Shown in pieces: positions 1 to 8,581 of a DNA stretch of 64,000 nucleotides (positions are counted from its first letter, which is position 1; each line of letters starts with the position of its first letter). Below the pieces are notes generated by a model. The model was not told the DNA's origin. It did not search any database and saw nothing but the letters and a program-made list of their open reading frames with translations. The position numbers were made by a program, and so were the translations under genes. The stretch spans positions 7,280 through 71,279 of the forward strand of contig CAZPVG010000013.1 of assembly GCA_964589945.1 (NCBI GenBank), written 5' to 3'. The stretch comes from an uncultured bacterium. Its GTDB lineage: Bacteria > Eisenbacteria > RBG-16-71-46.

Positions 1-1514
1 AAGAACGCGCACAGGAAGATGCCGAGGATCGTGCCGTAGAAGAGCGAACCGAGCTGGTTCACGGTCTCGACCAGCGATCCCGAGCGACCCGCGAACTGCG
101 CGAAGATGCTGGCGAACGCGATCCAGAACACGTTCACGCCGCGCGTCCACCCGAGCAGCCGCGCCTCGTCGGCCGGCGCACCGGGCAGGCGCCGGACCAC
201 GTCCACGATGGTCGTCGCGGTGAGGGCGTGGATCTCGGACGAGCTCGAGTTCATCGAGGCGGCGAAGACGGCGGCGAGCACGAGCCCCACGAAGCCCGCG
301 GGAAGGCTCGCGAGCACGAAGCGCAGGAACACGTAGTTCGTGTCGTTCGTGTTCGCGCCCGGCTCCGTCTCCCGCAGCACCGCGAGCGCGGACTCGCGCA
401 CGCCCGCCGCGCGCGCGACCTCGGCCTGCACGCGCGCCTCGGCCGCCGCGGTCGCCGCCGCGTCGCCGGCCCGCCGGCTCGCGAGCCAGTCGCGCAGGGC
501 CCGGGAGCGCGCCTCGCCGGCCGCGTCGTGCCGCGCCTCGAGGGCGTGCCACTCGGCGGCGTAGGGTCCGGACGCGGCCTTCGTGGCGCCGGCGGGGTCG
601 AAGAACAGCGGCGTGCGCTCGAACTGGAAGACGACGAACACGAGCACGCCGAGCAGCAGGATGAAGAACTGCATCGGCACCTTGAGCAGGCCGTTCACGA
701 TCAGCCCCATGCGGCTCTCGCCCGTCGAGCGGGCGGCAAGGTAGCGCCCGACCTGCGACTGGTCGGTGCCGAAGTAGGACAGCTGCAGGAACAACCCGCC
801 GAGCAGTCCCGCCCACAGGTTGTAGCTCCCGCGCGGGTCGAAGTGCGTGTCGACCGCATTCAGCCGGCCGAGGCTCCCGGCCACGGCCAGCGCGTCGCCG
901 GGGCCGACGTCCGCGGGCAGGCGGTGCAGCGCGAGGACGAAGGCCACCGCCATGGTCGCGAGGATGATCGTGAACTGGAGGGCGTGCGCCTGCGCGATCG
1001 CGCGCGACCCCCCGATCGTCGTGACGCCGACGATGAGGGCCCCGAGCAGCAGGCAGGTCACGCGCAGGTCCCAGCCGAGCACCACGGACAGCACGATCGC
1101 CGGCGCCAGCAGCGTGATGCCCGCGGCGAGGCCACGCTGGAGCAGGAAGAGTCCCGCCGCCAGCGTGCGAACGTTGCCGTCGAAGCGCTTCTCGAGGAAC
1201 TCGTACGCGGTCGCGACGCGAAGCCGCTGGTAGAGCGGGACCGCGGTGACGCACAGGACGACCATCGCGAGGGGCAGCCCGAGGTAGAACTGGACGAACG
1301 ACAGGCCGCCCGCGTAGCCCTGCCCGGGCGTGGCGATGAACGTCACCGCGCTCGCCTGCGTCGCCATGACCGACAGTGCGACGATCGGCCAGGACATCGC
1401 CCGCCCGGCGACGAGGAACGCGGGCAGGTCGCGCGTCGAGCGCGAGCGCCACAGCCCGTAGGCGACGAACACCAGCAGCGTCCCCGCCAGCACGACCGCG
1501 TCGAGCGGCCTCAC
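1..1514 (-). CDS. sodium:solute symporter (SSF/SLC5 family), partial; the C-terminal part lies beyond the window start
   Basis: Reverse-strand translation is a continuous multi-TM protein: VRPLDAVVLAGTLLVFVAYGLWRSRSTRDLPAFLVAGRAMSWPIVALSVMATQASAVTFIATPGQGY...NQLGSLFYGTILGIFLCAFF. N-terminus and core are typical of SSF transporters. No stop before coordinate 1. GTG start at 1512-1514 overlaps the stop of the upstream small ORF (GTGA). It is absent from the ORF track because it runs off the window edge. Confidence 0.8.
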   Translation of the reverse strand, partial: MRPLDAVVLAGTLLVFVAYGLWRSRSTRDLPAFLVAGRAMSWPIVALSVMATQASAVTFIATPGQGYAGGLSFVQFYLGLPLAMVVLCVTAVPLYQRLRVATAYEFLEKRFDGNVRTLAAGLFLLQRGLAAGITLLAPAIVLSVVLGWDLRVTCLLLGALIVGVTTIGGSRAIAQAHALQFTIILATMAVAFVLALHRLPADVGPGDALAVAGSLGRLNAVDTHFDPRGSYNLWAGLLGGLFLQLSYFGTDQSQVGRYLAARSTGESRMGLIVNGLLKVPMQFFILLLGVLVFVVFQFERTPLFFDPAGATKAASGPYAAEWHALEARHDAAGEARSRALRDWLASRRAGDAAATAAAEARVQAEVARAAGVRESALAVLRETEPGANTNDTNYVFLRFVLASLPAGFVGLVLAAVFAASMNSSSSEIHALTATTIVDVVRRLPGAPADEARLLGWTRGVNVFWIAFASIFAQFAGRSGSLVETVNQLGSLFYGTILGIFLCAF

Positions 1515-1657
1515 CGGAACGTCCCCGTCAGCCACGCCATGAGCGCGATCTCGATCGCGAGGGCCGCGATCACGACCGCGTAGAGCAGGCCCCAGCGGCC
1601 CCCCACGGGGGGCCGGTCCGCCGGCGGCTCCCCGGTCCCGCGCGGCGCACGGCTCAC
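1511..1657 (-). CDS. small membrane protein, DUF3311-like (typical companion of SSF symporters)
   Basis: 48-aa ORF VSRAPRGTGEPPADRPPVGGRWGLLYAVVIAALAIEIALMAWLTGTFR. Single hydrophobic helix. GTG start overlaps the TGA of the upstream deacetylase gene and its stop overlaps the symporter GTG. The start choice and family assignment are tentative. Confidence 0.45.
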   Translation of the reverse strand: MSRAPRGTGEPPADRPPVGGRWGLLYAVVIAALAIEIALMAWLTGTFR

Positions 1658-4131
1658 GGGCGCGCGCTCACGAGGTTGGCGAACAGCCGCCACGCGCCGG
1701 GGACGCCCGCCGGCAGCTGGCGGAACATCGCGTAGGCGCAGTAGATGAAGACGCCCTTGCCGTGCCGGGCGTAGAGCAGGCCGCCGTCGCGGTCGGGCTC
1801 GCCGGGATCGTGGCACGCGAGAACCCGCTCGTAGCGCGGGTCCGCCGGGTTCGCGAAGTAGAGCCCGCGCTCCTGCACCCAGCCGTCGAAGTCGGCGGGG
1901 CCGATCACGTTCGGCCGCGTGAGCAGAGGGTGCCCGGGCGCGAGCACCTTCACCCGGGCGGTCTCGTCGGTCACGCGGTCGTGCGAGAGGGTGAGCGGCC
2001 ACGGGCCGAGCGTGCGCGGGACGCCCGCCGCGGTGGTGTTGTACTGCACGACGAGCGTGCCGCCGCCCGCGACCCAGTCGAGCAGGCGCGGCTGCGCGGC
2101 GTGCAGCGCGGGGCGCGTGTTGAACGCGCGCACCCCCGTGACGATCGCGTCGAAGCGCGAGAGGTCGCCCTCCTCGAGGTCGTCGTCGCTGAGCGGGACG
2201 ACCACGTAGCCGAGCTGGCGCAGGGCCTCCGGGATGGCGTCACCCGAGCCCTCGACGTAGCCGACGCGCGAGCCGAGGTGCCGGATGTCCGCGCGCACGA
2301 GCCGCGCCGTCGCCGGCGGGTGGAGCACCTGCACGGGAATGTGCGGGTAATCGATCACCTCGCGCTCGAGCGACCACCTCCGGCCGTCCACGGTGATGGT
2401 CGCGACGAGCACCGAGGCCGCCGGCCCCGCGGCGGGTGTCACGGTGAAGTACAGGTGCCTCTCGTCGCCCGCGTGCGCGAGCGAGACGTCGGCTGCGGGA
2501 GGTTCGCTCGTCCAGCCCACCGGGAGCGAGAGCGCGACGCGTCCGGCCAGGCGATCGCGCTGCGCCTGGACGCGCACGGTGACGACGCGCGGCGAGCGGT
2601 CGGGGAAGGCATAGACCTCCTGGTCGGGACGAAGCGAGGCGGGCGGCGCGATCTCGAGCGAGCGCCAGCGCTCGCCCTCGACCGGGTCGGTCCAGCGGTA
2701 GGCGACGGGGACGCGCACGTCGAGGTCCTCCCCGCCGAGCCGCAGGGAGACCGCGGCCTCGATTGCGGGCGGGTCCTCGGGAGCGCCGATCTCGGACAGC
2801 TGCGCGACGTCGTACCGCCCGCCCACGGGCGGGCGGCGCAGCCAGTAGGGCTGGGTCGGTGCCACGTCGCGGGGGATCGCCACCGTGAGCGTGTCGGTGA
2901 ACGCGTCGTCCCCGAACGCTCCCGGGGATTCGTCGGTCGCCGCGCCGGCCGACACGCGGCGCACCGTGACGTCCGCGCCGAGGCGGTTCACGACCGACAC
3001 CGCGACGCGCACGGAATCGCCGGGAACGACGGCGGGCTCGAGCGCGACCGCTTCGAGCCACAGGCCGGAGCACGAGCGCAGGAGCGTCTCGAGCTCGGCG
3101 CGCTTCGCGGCCAGCACCGCCGGGCGCACCGGCGGCACCGCGGCCATCGCGCGCCGCACCTCGAAGAGGCGTGGCAGCAGCGCCGCCGGGCGCCCGGGGT
3201 CGTACTCCGCGAGCGCGAGCGCGAGCAGCGAGTCCACGCGCACGCCGGCCGGGCCGAACGCGCGCCAGGAGAGGTCCACGCCCTCGAAGGGGTCGCCCGT
3301 GGCCGGGTCGCCGAGGCGCGGCACCAGCCAGTTCGGCAGCGGACCGTGGCGCTCGGCGACGCCGAAACCCTGGCTCCGGTGGTTGCTGCGGCTCTCGGCG
3401 GCGATCTCGCCCCACGAGCGGCCGAGCAGCGGCTCGTAGCCGCCCACGTCCACGTTCAGCCAGCCCGGCTCGGGACGCTGGTTGCCGCGCCCGAAGGCGT
3501 TCCAGAAGAGCCGCTTCGTGCGCCACGCCGGTCCGCACTGCGGGAAGCGCGCCGGGTCGGCCGCGGCCGAGAAGGCCTCCTCGGCGAGGATCGCCGACGC
3601 GGTGTGGTGCCCGTGGCCGCCCCGGCCGTCCGTCGGGAAACGGGTGACGATCACGTCGGGCTGGAAGCGCCGGATCTCCCGCACGACGTCGGCCAGGATC
3701 GAGTCGTGGCCCCAGAACGCGAACGTCTCCTCGGGGCCCTTCGAATAGCCGAAGTCCACCGCGCGCGTGAAGCGCTGCTCGGCGCCGTCCACGCGCCGCG
3801 CCGCGAGGAGCTCCTGCGTGCGGATGACGCCGAGCGCCGGGCCCAGCTCGGGCCCGATCAGGTTCTGGCCGCCGTCGCCGCGGGTCATCGCGAGGTACTC
3901 GGTGCGCAGCTTCCGCCCGCGCGCGAACCAGGCGAGCATCGCGGTGTTCTCGTCGTCGGGATGCGCCGCCACGTAGAGGACGCTCCCCGTGACGCGGAGC
4001 TTCTCGAGCGCGAGGCGCGTGGAGCCGGCGCCGAGCGCGTCCGGCGGCCGGGGACCGGCCGCCGAGGGGACCGGGACGGCGAGAAGGACGAGCAAGGCGG
4101 CGGCCACGAGGTCGCGCAGGCGCTTGGACAT
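1654..4131 (-). CDS. secreted PIG-L/LmbE family deacetylase (825 aa) with a C-terminal ThuA/class-I glutamine amidotransferase-like domain
   Basis: N-terminal signal peptide MSKRLRDLVAAALLVLLAVPVPSAAG. LmbE motif VLYVAAHPDDENTAML. C-terminal region RFDAIVTGVRAFNTRPALHAAQPRLLDWVAGGGTLVVQYN. High third-position GC in frame. Confidence 0.85.
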   Translation of the reverse strand: MSKRLRDLVAAALLVLLAVPVPSAAGPRPPDALGAGSTRLALEKLRVTGSVLYVAAHPDDENTAMLAWFARGRKLRTEYLAMTRGDGGQNLIGPELGPALGVIRTQELLAARRVDGAEQRFTRAVDFGYSKGPEETFAFWGHDSILADVVREIRRFQPDVIVTRFPTDGRGGHGHHTASAILAEEAFSAAADPARFPQCGPAWRTKRLFWNAFGRGNQRPEPGWLNVDVGGYEPLLGRSWGEIAAESRSNHRSQGFGVAERHGPLPNWLVPRLGDPATGDPFEGVDLSWRAFGPAGVRVDSLLALALAEYDPGRPAALLPRLFEVRRAMAAVPPVRPAVLAAKRAELETLLRSCSGLWLEAVALEPAVVPGDSVRVAVSVVNRLGADVTVRRVSAGAATDESPGAFGDDAFTDTLTVAIPRDVAPTQPYWLRRPPVGGRYDVAQLSEIGAPEDPPAIEAAVSLRLGGEDLDVRVPVAYRWTDPVEGERWRSLEIAPPASLRPDQEVYAFPDRSPRVVTVRVQAQRDRLAGRVALSLPVGWTSEPPAADVSLAHAGDERHLYFTVTPAAGPAASVLVATITVDGRRWSLEREVIDYPHIPVQVLHPPATARLVRADIRHLGSRVGYVEGSGDAIPEALRQLGYVVVPLSDDDLEEGDLSRFDAIVTGVRAFNTRPALHAAQPRLLDWVAGGGTLVVQYNTTAAGVPRTLGPWPLTLSHDRVTDETARVKVLAPGHPLLTRPNVIGPADFDGWVQERGLYFANPADPRYERVLACHDPGEPDRDGGLLYARHGKGVFIYCAYAMFRQLPAGVPGAWRLFANLVSARP

Positions 4132-4464
4132 GAAGGGGAGGCTCCTCCGAGGGGCGCGGCCGGACTCCGGTGCGCCGTCGATCCGGGCGGTGAACGGGCG
4201 CGCACCTTAGCACGGGCTCCGAGCGCCGAGGGCGCTCCCCGGCGACGGGCGCGGCCGGGCGGTTCCCCGAGCGGTCCTGGCCCCCTCGAACCCGGCCGGG
4301 AGGGGGTCCGGGGGAGCCCCGCCGGGTGAAATCGCGCTCAAGGCGGGCCCCCGGCCGTGCCGATAGCAACCGGGTAACCCGTTCGCCCGGCACGGGACCC
4401 GTGGTGCCGCAGGCCGGCGCCGTCCGTGCCCCCGCCCGGCGGTCGCTGCCAGGAGGAGTCGACC

Positions 4465-5034
4465 ATGCCCGAAGGGAATCTGCTGAAGCTGCGCCTGTCG
4501 CTGATGGGGCGACCGGTCCGGAATTACACGTTTGACAAGCCCGTGGTCAGTGTCGGGCGCGACCCGGGTTCCGACGTGTTCGTCGACAACCCCGGAGTCT
4601 CGCGCGATCACTTCCGCCTCGAGAAGACCCCGGGCGGCGATTACCAGCTCGTGGACCTCGGAAGCGCCAATGGCACGTTCGTGAACGACCAGATGGTGCA
4701 CACCGCGGTCGTGAAGAACAACGACGTCGTGCGCTTCGGCAAGTACACGCTCTGGGTCGGCTACGACACCGACCGGCGCGCCAGCGGCATCGAGCAGCGC
4801 AAGTCCAGCTCCGCGACCGAGCAGCACACGACCGTGCTCTCGCGCGCCGAGCTGGACGTGCTGCTCGAGACGTCGAAGGAGCGCGAGGTCCATCCCGTTT
4901 CCCCGCCTGCGGCTCTCGGGCCCCCGGCCCCCGCGCCGTCGGCCGCCCAGGCGCCGATCGGGGCGATCATCATCTCCTTCCTTCTCGGGGCCGCCCTCGG
5001 CGCCGGCACGGTCTGGCTGCTGCTCTCGCGCTGA
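4465..5034 (+). CDS. FHA domain protein with a C-terminal transmembrane anchor
   Basis: ATG at 4465 preceded by AGGAGGA. FHA core SVGRDPGSDVFVDNPGVSRDHFRLEKTPGGDYQLVDLGSANGTFVN. C-terminal hydrophobic tail IGAIIISFLLGAALGAGTVWLLL. Confidence 0.85.
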   Translation: MPEGNLLKLRLSLMGRPVRNYTFDKPVVSVGRDPGSDVFVDNPGVSRDHFRLEKTPGGDYQLVDLGSANGTFVNDQMVHTAVVKNNDVVRFGKYTLWVGYDTDRRASGIEQRKSSSATEQHTTVLSRAELDVLLETSKEREVHPVSPPAALGPPAPAPSAAQAPIGAIIISFLLGAALGAGTVWLLLSR

Positions 5035-5074
5035 TCCCCCTCCCCTCACTCCCGATACCGGGCGACGAGCGATC

Positions 5075-7465
5075 ATGGACCTGATCCGGCGATTCCAGGC
5101 GGGACATCTCGCGAAGCGGCTGCAGGACCCGCACCAGGCGGATGCGGGCCTCGCGCAGACGCAGGAAAAGCTGCTGGCGCTCGGGCCCTCCGCCGTGCGC
5201 GGCCTCCTCGACGCGATCGCCCACGGCAAGGCGTCGGAGGCCTCGATCGAGGTCCTCGAGCGGCTTGCGACGAACGACACGCTCGCCGTCTTCGTCGAGG
5301 CCCTGCAGTCGCCGGTTCCCGCGGTCGCGGAGGCGGCCGCCAGCGCCCTCTCGCGCTCGGCCCTGTACGACGCGGCGCTGCTGCTCCCGCTCTTCTCCGA
5401 GCCCGCCATCTCGAAGGCGCGCCTCGAGTCGATCCTGTCCGCACAGATGCAGCGCATCCAGCCGGTGACGCTCGTGCGGGTGCTCCCCGACCTGAGCAAG
5501 GACGCGCGCGGAAGCGTGTTCCGCCTGCTCGAGCGCCGCGCGGACACGAGCATCTCCAAGGACGTCGTGGGTCTCGCCCGTCACGCCGAATGGTGGCTGC
5601 GGCTCCACGCGGTGAAGCTGCTGGCGAAGATGCCGGGGCACGACGCGATCGAGGGCGTGGCCCAGCTCCTCAAGGACGAGAGCGCCGCCGTGCGGCTGGA
5701 GGCCGTCCGCACGCTGGGCCTGCTCCACGCGGTCGAGGCACTGCCCGCGCTCTGCGCGCGGCTGCGCGACGTGGACATCAAGGTGCAGGCGGCCGCGATC
5801 GAGACCCTCATCTCGATCGGCGACGTGTCCGCCGTGCCCCACCTGCTCGAGTACCTGCGCGACGAGTCCGAGTACGTGCGACGCGGCGCCGTCGAGGTCC
5901 TGAACCAGGTGGTCACGACGGAGGCGATCAAGGACCTCGTCTCGGCACTGCGGGACGAGGACTGGTGGGTGCGCGTCCGCGCCGCCGCCGCGCTCGGCAC
6001 GCTCGGCGGGCCGAAGGTGATCGACGCCATCGTGGACCTCGTGCACGACCCCGACGACTTCATCCGCCGTTACGCGGTCGAGATCCTGAACACCGTTCCC
6101 GACAAACGGGCCGTTGAGCCGCTCATCGAGGCGCTCGAGGACCACGACTGGTGGGTGCGCGAGCGGGCCATCGACGCCCTCGCGAAGACGCGTGATCCGC
6201 GCGCCGTGGATCCGTTGCTGCGGGTGCTCTCGCGTGACACGCGCGCGGTGCCGCTCTGCCTGCGGGCCCTGGCCCAGCTGCCCGACCCGCGCGTCGTCGA
6301 GCCGCTCTGCCGGCTCGTGGACTCCGACAGCGCCGAGATCCGCCGCGAGGCGCTGAACGCGCTCGCCCAGTTCACGAAGGCCGACCTGCCGGAGGAGTCC
6401 CGCGCCCGCGTCTACCAGACGCTCGAGCGCGCGGGAGCGGGTCTCGGGCAGAAGCGCGCGACCCCGTCCATGCCGCTCGAGGTCCGCCAGGGCTTCGGGC
6501 CCGAGAGCGGCCGCTCCGATTCCGTGTCGATGCGCCGCCCCTCCTCGCGGGAAGGGACGCCGGTGCCCGCGGGCGCGGGCGGCGATCCCGGCGCGCAGGC
6601 GGGTTCCACGGCGAAGCAGCGCGCGCTGAACTTCCAGAGGCTCGATCCCGGCACCATGGTGAACGAACGCTTCCGGGTCGTGCGGTACATCGGCGGCGGA
6701 GGGTTCGGTACCGTCTACCTGGTCGAGGACGTCGTCGTCCGCGAGGACCTCGTCCTCAAGATCCTCTCTCCGCAGCTCTCGCTCGACGAGAGCATGATCC
6801 GGCGCTTCGTGCAGGAGCTGCGGCTGACGCGCCGCATCACGCACCGCAACGTCATCCGCATCCACGACCTCGTGGACCTGGGCGGCGCGCACGCGATCTC
6901 GATGGAATTCTTCGACGGCCGCGACCTCGGCCAGCTGACGCGCGAGGACGGGCCGCTGACCACCGAACGCGTGCTCCCGATCATGGAGCAGATCCTCGAC
7001 GGGCTCGAGGCCGCGCACAGCATGGGCATCGTGCACCGCGACATCAAGCCCGCGAACGTCCTCGTGGGCGCTTCCGACCAGGTGAAGATCGTGGACTTCG
7101 GCCTCGCGCTCGTCGCGCAGGGCACCCGTTCGCGCCTGACGCAGAGCGGGATCCTCGTGGGAACGCCCGAGTACATCTCGCCCGAGCAGATCACCGGCCA
7201 GGAGGTCGACGGCCGGACGGACCTCTACTCGCTCGGCATCGTCATCTACGAGATGCTCTCGGGGCGGCTGCCGTTCTCGGGCGCGAACGCGGTCAACGTG
7301 CTGTTCCAGCATCTCGAGTCCGAGGTCCCGCCGCTCGCGGAGGTCGCGCCGCACGTGCCGGAATGGGTCAGCGACCTCGTCATGCGCTGCATGGCGCGGC
7401 TCGCCGTGGACCGTCCCGCGAGCGCCGCGGACACCCTGGCGATCCTGCGCCGGGCGGCGGCCTAG
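5075..7465 (+). CDS. HEAT/PBS-lyase repeat protein fused to a C-terminal Ser/Thr protein kinase domain
   Basis: Residues about 150-470 contain repeated ...VRxxAxxALGxLG.../DEDWWVRVRAAAALG HEAT-like units. The C-terminus carries Hanks kinase motifs: IGGGGFGTVYLVED (Gly loop), VLKIL, HRDIKPANVL (catalytic loop), DFGLA, GTPEYISPE. Confidence 0.85.
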   Translation: MDLIRRFQAGHLAKRLQDPHQADAGLAQTQEKLLALGPSAVRGLLDAIAHGKASEASIEVLERLATNDTLAVFVEALQSPVPAVAEAAASALSRSALYDAALLLPLFSEPAISKARLESILSAQMQRIQPVTLVRVLPDLSKDARGSVFRLLERRADTSISKDVVGLARHAEWWLRLHAVKLLAKMPGHDAIEGVAQLLKDESAAVRLEAVRTLGLLHAVEALPALCARLRDVDIKVQAAAIETLISIGDVSAVPHLLEYLRDESEYVRRGAVEVLNQVVTTEAIKDLVSALRDEDWWVRVRAAAALGTLGGPKVIDAIVDLVHDPDDFIRRYAVEILNTVPDKRAVEPLIEALEDHDWWVRERAIDALAKTRDPRAVDPLLRVLSRDTRAVPLCLRALAQLPDPRVVEPLCRLVDSDSAEIRREALNALAQFTKADLPEESRARVYQTLERAGAGLGQKRATPSMPLEVRQGFGPESGRSDSVSMRRPSSREGTPVPAGAGGDPGAQAGSTAKQRALNFQRLDPGTMVNERFRVVRYIGGGGFGTVYLVEDVVVREDLVLKILSPQLSLDESMIRRFVQELRLTRRITHRNVIRIHDLVDLGGAHAISMEFFDGRDLGQLTREDGPLTTERVLPIMEQILDGLEAAHSMGIVHRDIKPANVLVGASDQVKIVDFGLALVAQGTRSRLTQSGILVGTPEYISPEQITGQEVDGRTDLYSLGIVIYEMLSGRLPFSGANAVNVLFQHLESEVPPLAEVAPHVPEWVSDLVMRCMARLAVDRPASAADTLAILRRAAA

Positions 7466-7474
7466 GACCCGCCG

Positions 7475-8581
7475 ATGGCCCGGATCGACGCCTTCCTCGA
7501 GATCGGCAAGCAGCAGGGCGGCTCCGACATCCACTTCACGGTCGGCCTGCCCCCGCTCGTGCGCCTCGACGGCGAGCTCATGCCGATTCCCTACCGCGAG
7601 CTCTCGCAGGAGGAGTCCGAGGCGCTCGCGGTCGAGATCCTGGACGGGCACCACCTCGAACAGTTCGAGCGCCACGGGGCCGTGGACTTCGCCTACCGCG
7701 CCGAGGGCATCGGCCGCTTCCGCGTCAACACCTGCCGCCAGCGCCGGGGCGTCTCGACGTTCTGCCGCGTCGTCCCCGATAGGGTGCCGACGCTCGAGCA
7801 GCTCGGAATGCCCCGCGTCCTGTCGTCGTTCTGCCGTCTCAGCTCGGGTCTGGTGCTCGTCACGGGCGCGACCGGCACCGGCAAGTCCACGACGCTCGCC
7901 GCGATGATCGACGAGATCAGCCGCGCGCGGTCGCTGAACATCGTGACGCTCGAGGACCCCGTCGAATTCGTGCACCGGAGCGACAAGTCGCTCGTCATCC
8001 AGCGCGAGGTCGGCACGCACGTCCCTTCGTTCCAGGAGGGCCTGAGGAGCGCACTGCGCCAGGACCCCGACGTGATCCTCGTGGGCGAGTTGCGCGACGC
8101 CGAGTCCATCACGCTGGCCCTCGAAGCGGCCGAGACGGGTCACCTCGTGCTGGGCACGCTGCACACGCGCGGCGCCGCCCAGACCATCGACCGCATCGTG
8201 GACGCGCACTCGTCGGACAACCAGAACCAGGTGAGGAACTCGCTCGCCGACAACCTCAAGGCCGTCGTCAGCCAGGAGCTGCTCCGGGTGGCCGACGGCC
8301 GCGGCCGCCGCGCCGCGCTCGAGATCCTCGTCGTGACACTCGCGATCCAGCAGCTGATCCGCGAGGGCAAGACGTTCCAGATCCCGGGCGCCATCACGAT
8401 GGGCAAGCGCCTCGGCATGCAGCTCAAGGACCAGTCGCTGCTCGCGCTGGTGCGCGCCGGCGAAGTGGACCCCGACGAGGCGTTCCTCAAGGCCGAGGAC
8501 AAGTGGGGCTTCGCGCCGTTCGTCACCCGGCCCGAGATCCTCGCCCTCATGACGGGCGGCACGGACGGGAAGGTCGCATGA
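7475..8581 (+). CDS. pilT: type IV pilus twitching motility ATPase PilT
   Basis: MARIDAFLEIGKQQGGSDIHF N-terminus. Walker A GATGTGKST. LVLGTLHT motif. Full-length PilT-like. Confidence 0.9.
   Translation: MARIDAFLEIGKQQGGSDIHFTVGLPPLVRLDGELMPIPYRELSQEESEALAVEILDGHHLEQFERHGAVDFAYRAEGIGRFRVNTCRQRRGVSTFCRVVPDRVPTLEQLGMPRVLSSFCRLSSGLVLVTGATGTGKSTTLAAMIDEISRARSLNIVTLEDPVEFVHRSDKSLVIQREVGTHVPSFQEGLRSALRQDPDVILVGELRDAESITLALEAAETGHLVLGTLHTRGAAQTIDRIVDAHSSDNQNQVRNSLADNLKAVVSQELLRVADGRGRRAALEILVVTLAIQQLIREGKTFQIPGAITMGKRLGMQLKDQSLLALVRAGEVDPDEAFLKAEDKWGFAPFVTRPEILALMTGGTDGKVA

Noticed and set aside
228-4393. Long plus/minus-strand ORFs (228..1583 +, 1762..4329 +, 2240..4393 -, 1376..1735 +, 1511..2002 - upstream part) overlapping the symporter and deacetylase genes
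   Set aside because: Translations are Arg/Gly/Asp/Glu/Pro-rich low-complexity strings typical of wrong-frame or antisense ORFs in 70%-GC DNA. The opposite-strand or alternate-frame products show clear family motifs (SSF core, HPDDE).
4970-8209. 1079-aa minus-strand ORF antisense to the kinase and pilT
   Set aside because: The low-complexity R/D/E/G-rich translation has no domain signatures. The plus-strand genes it overlaps are unambiguous (Hanks kinase, PilT Walker motifs).
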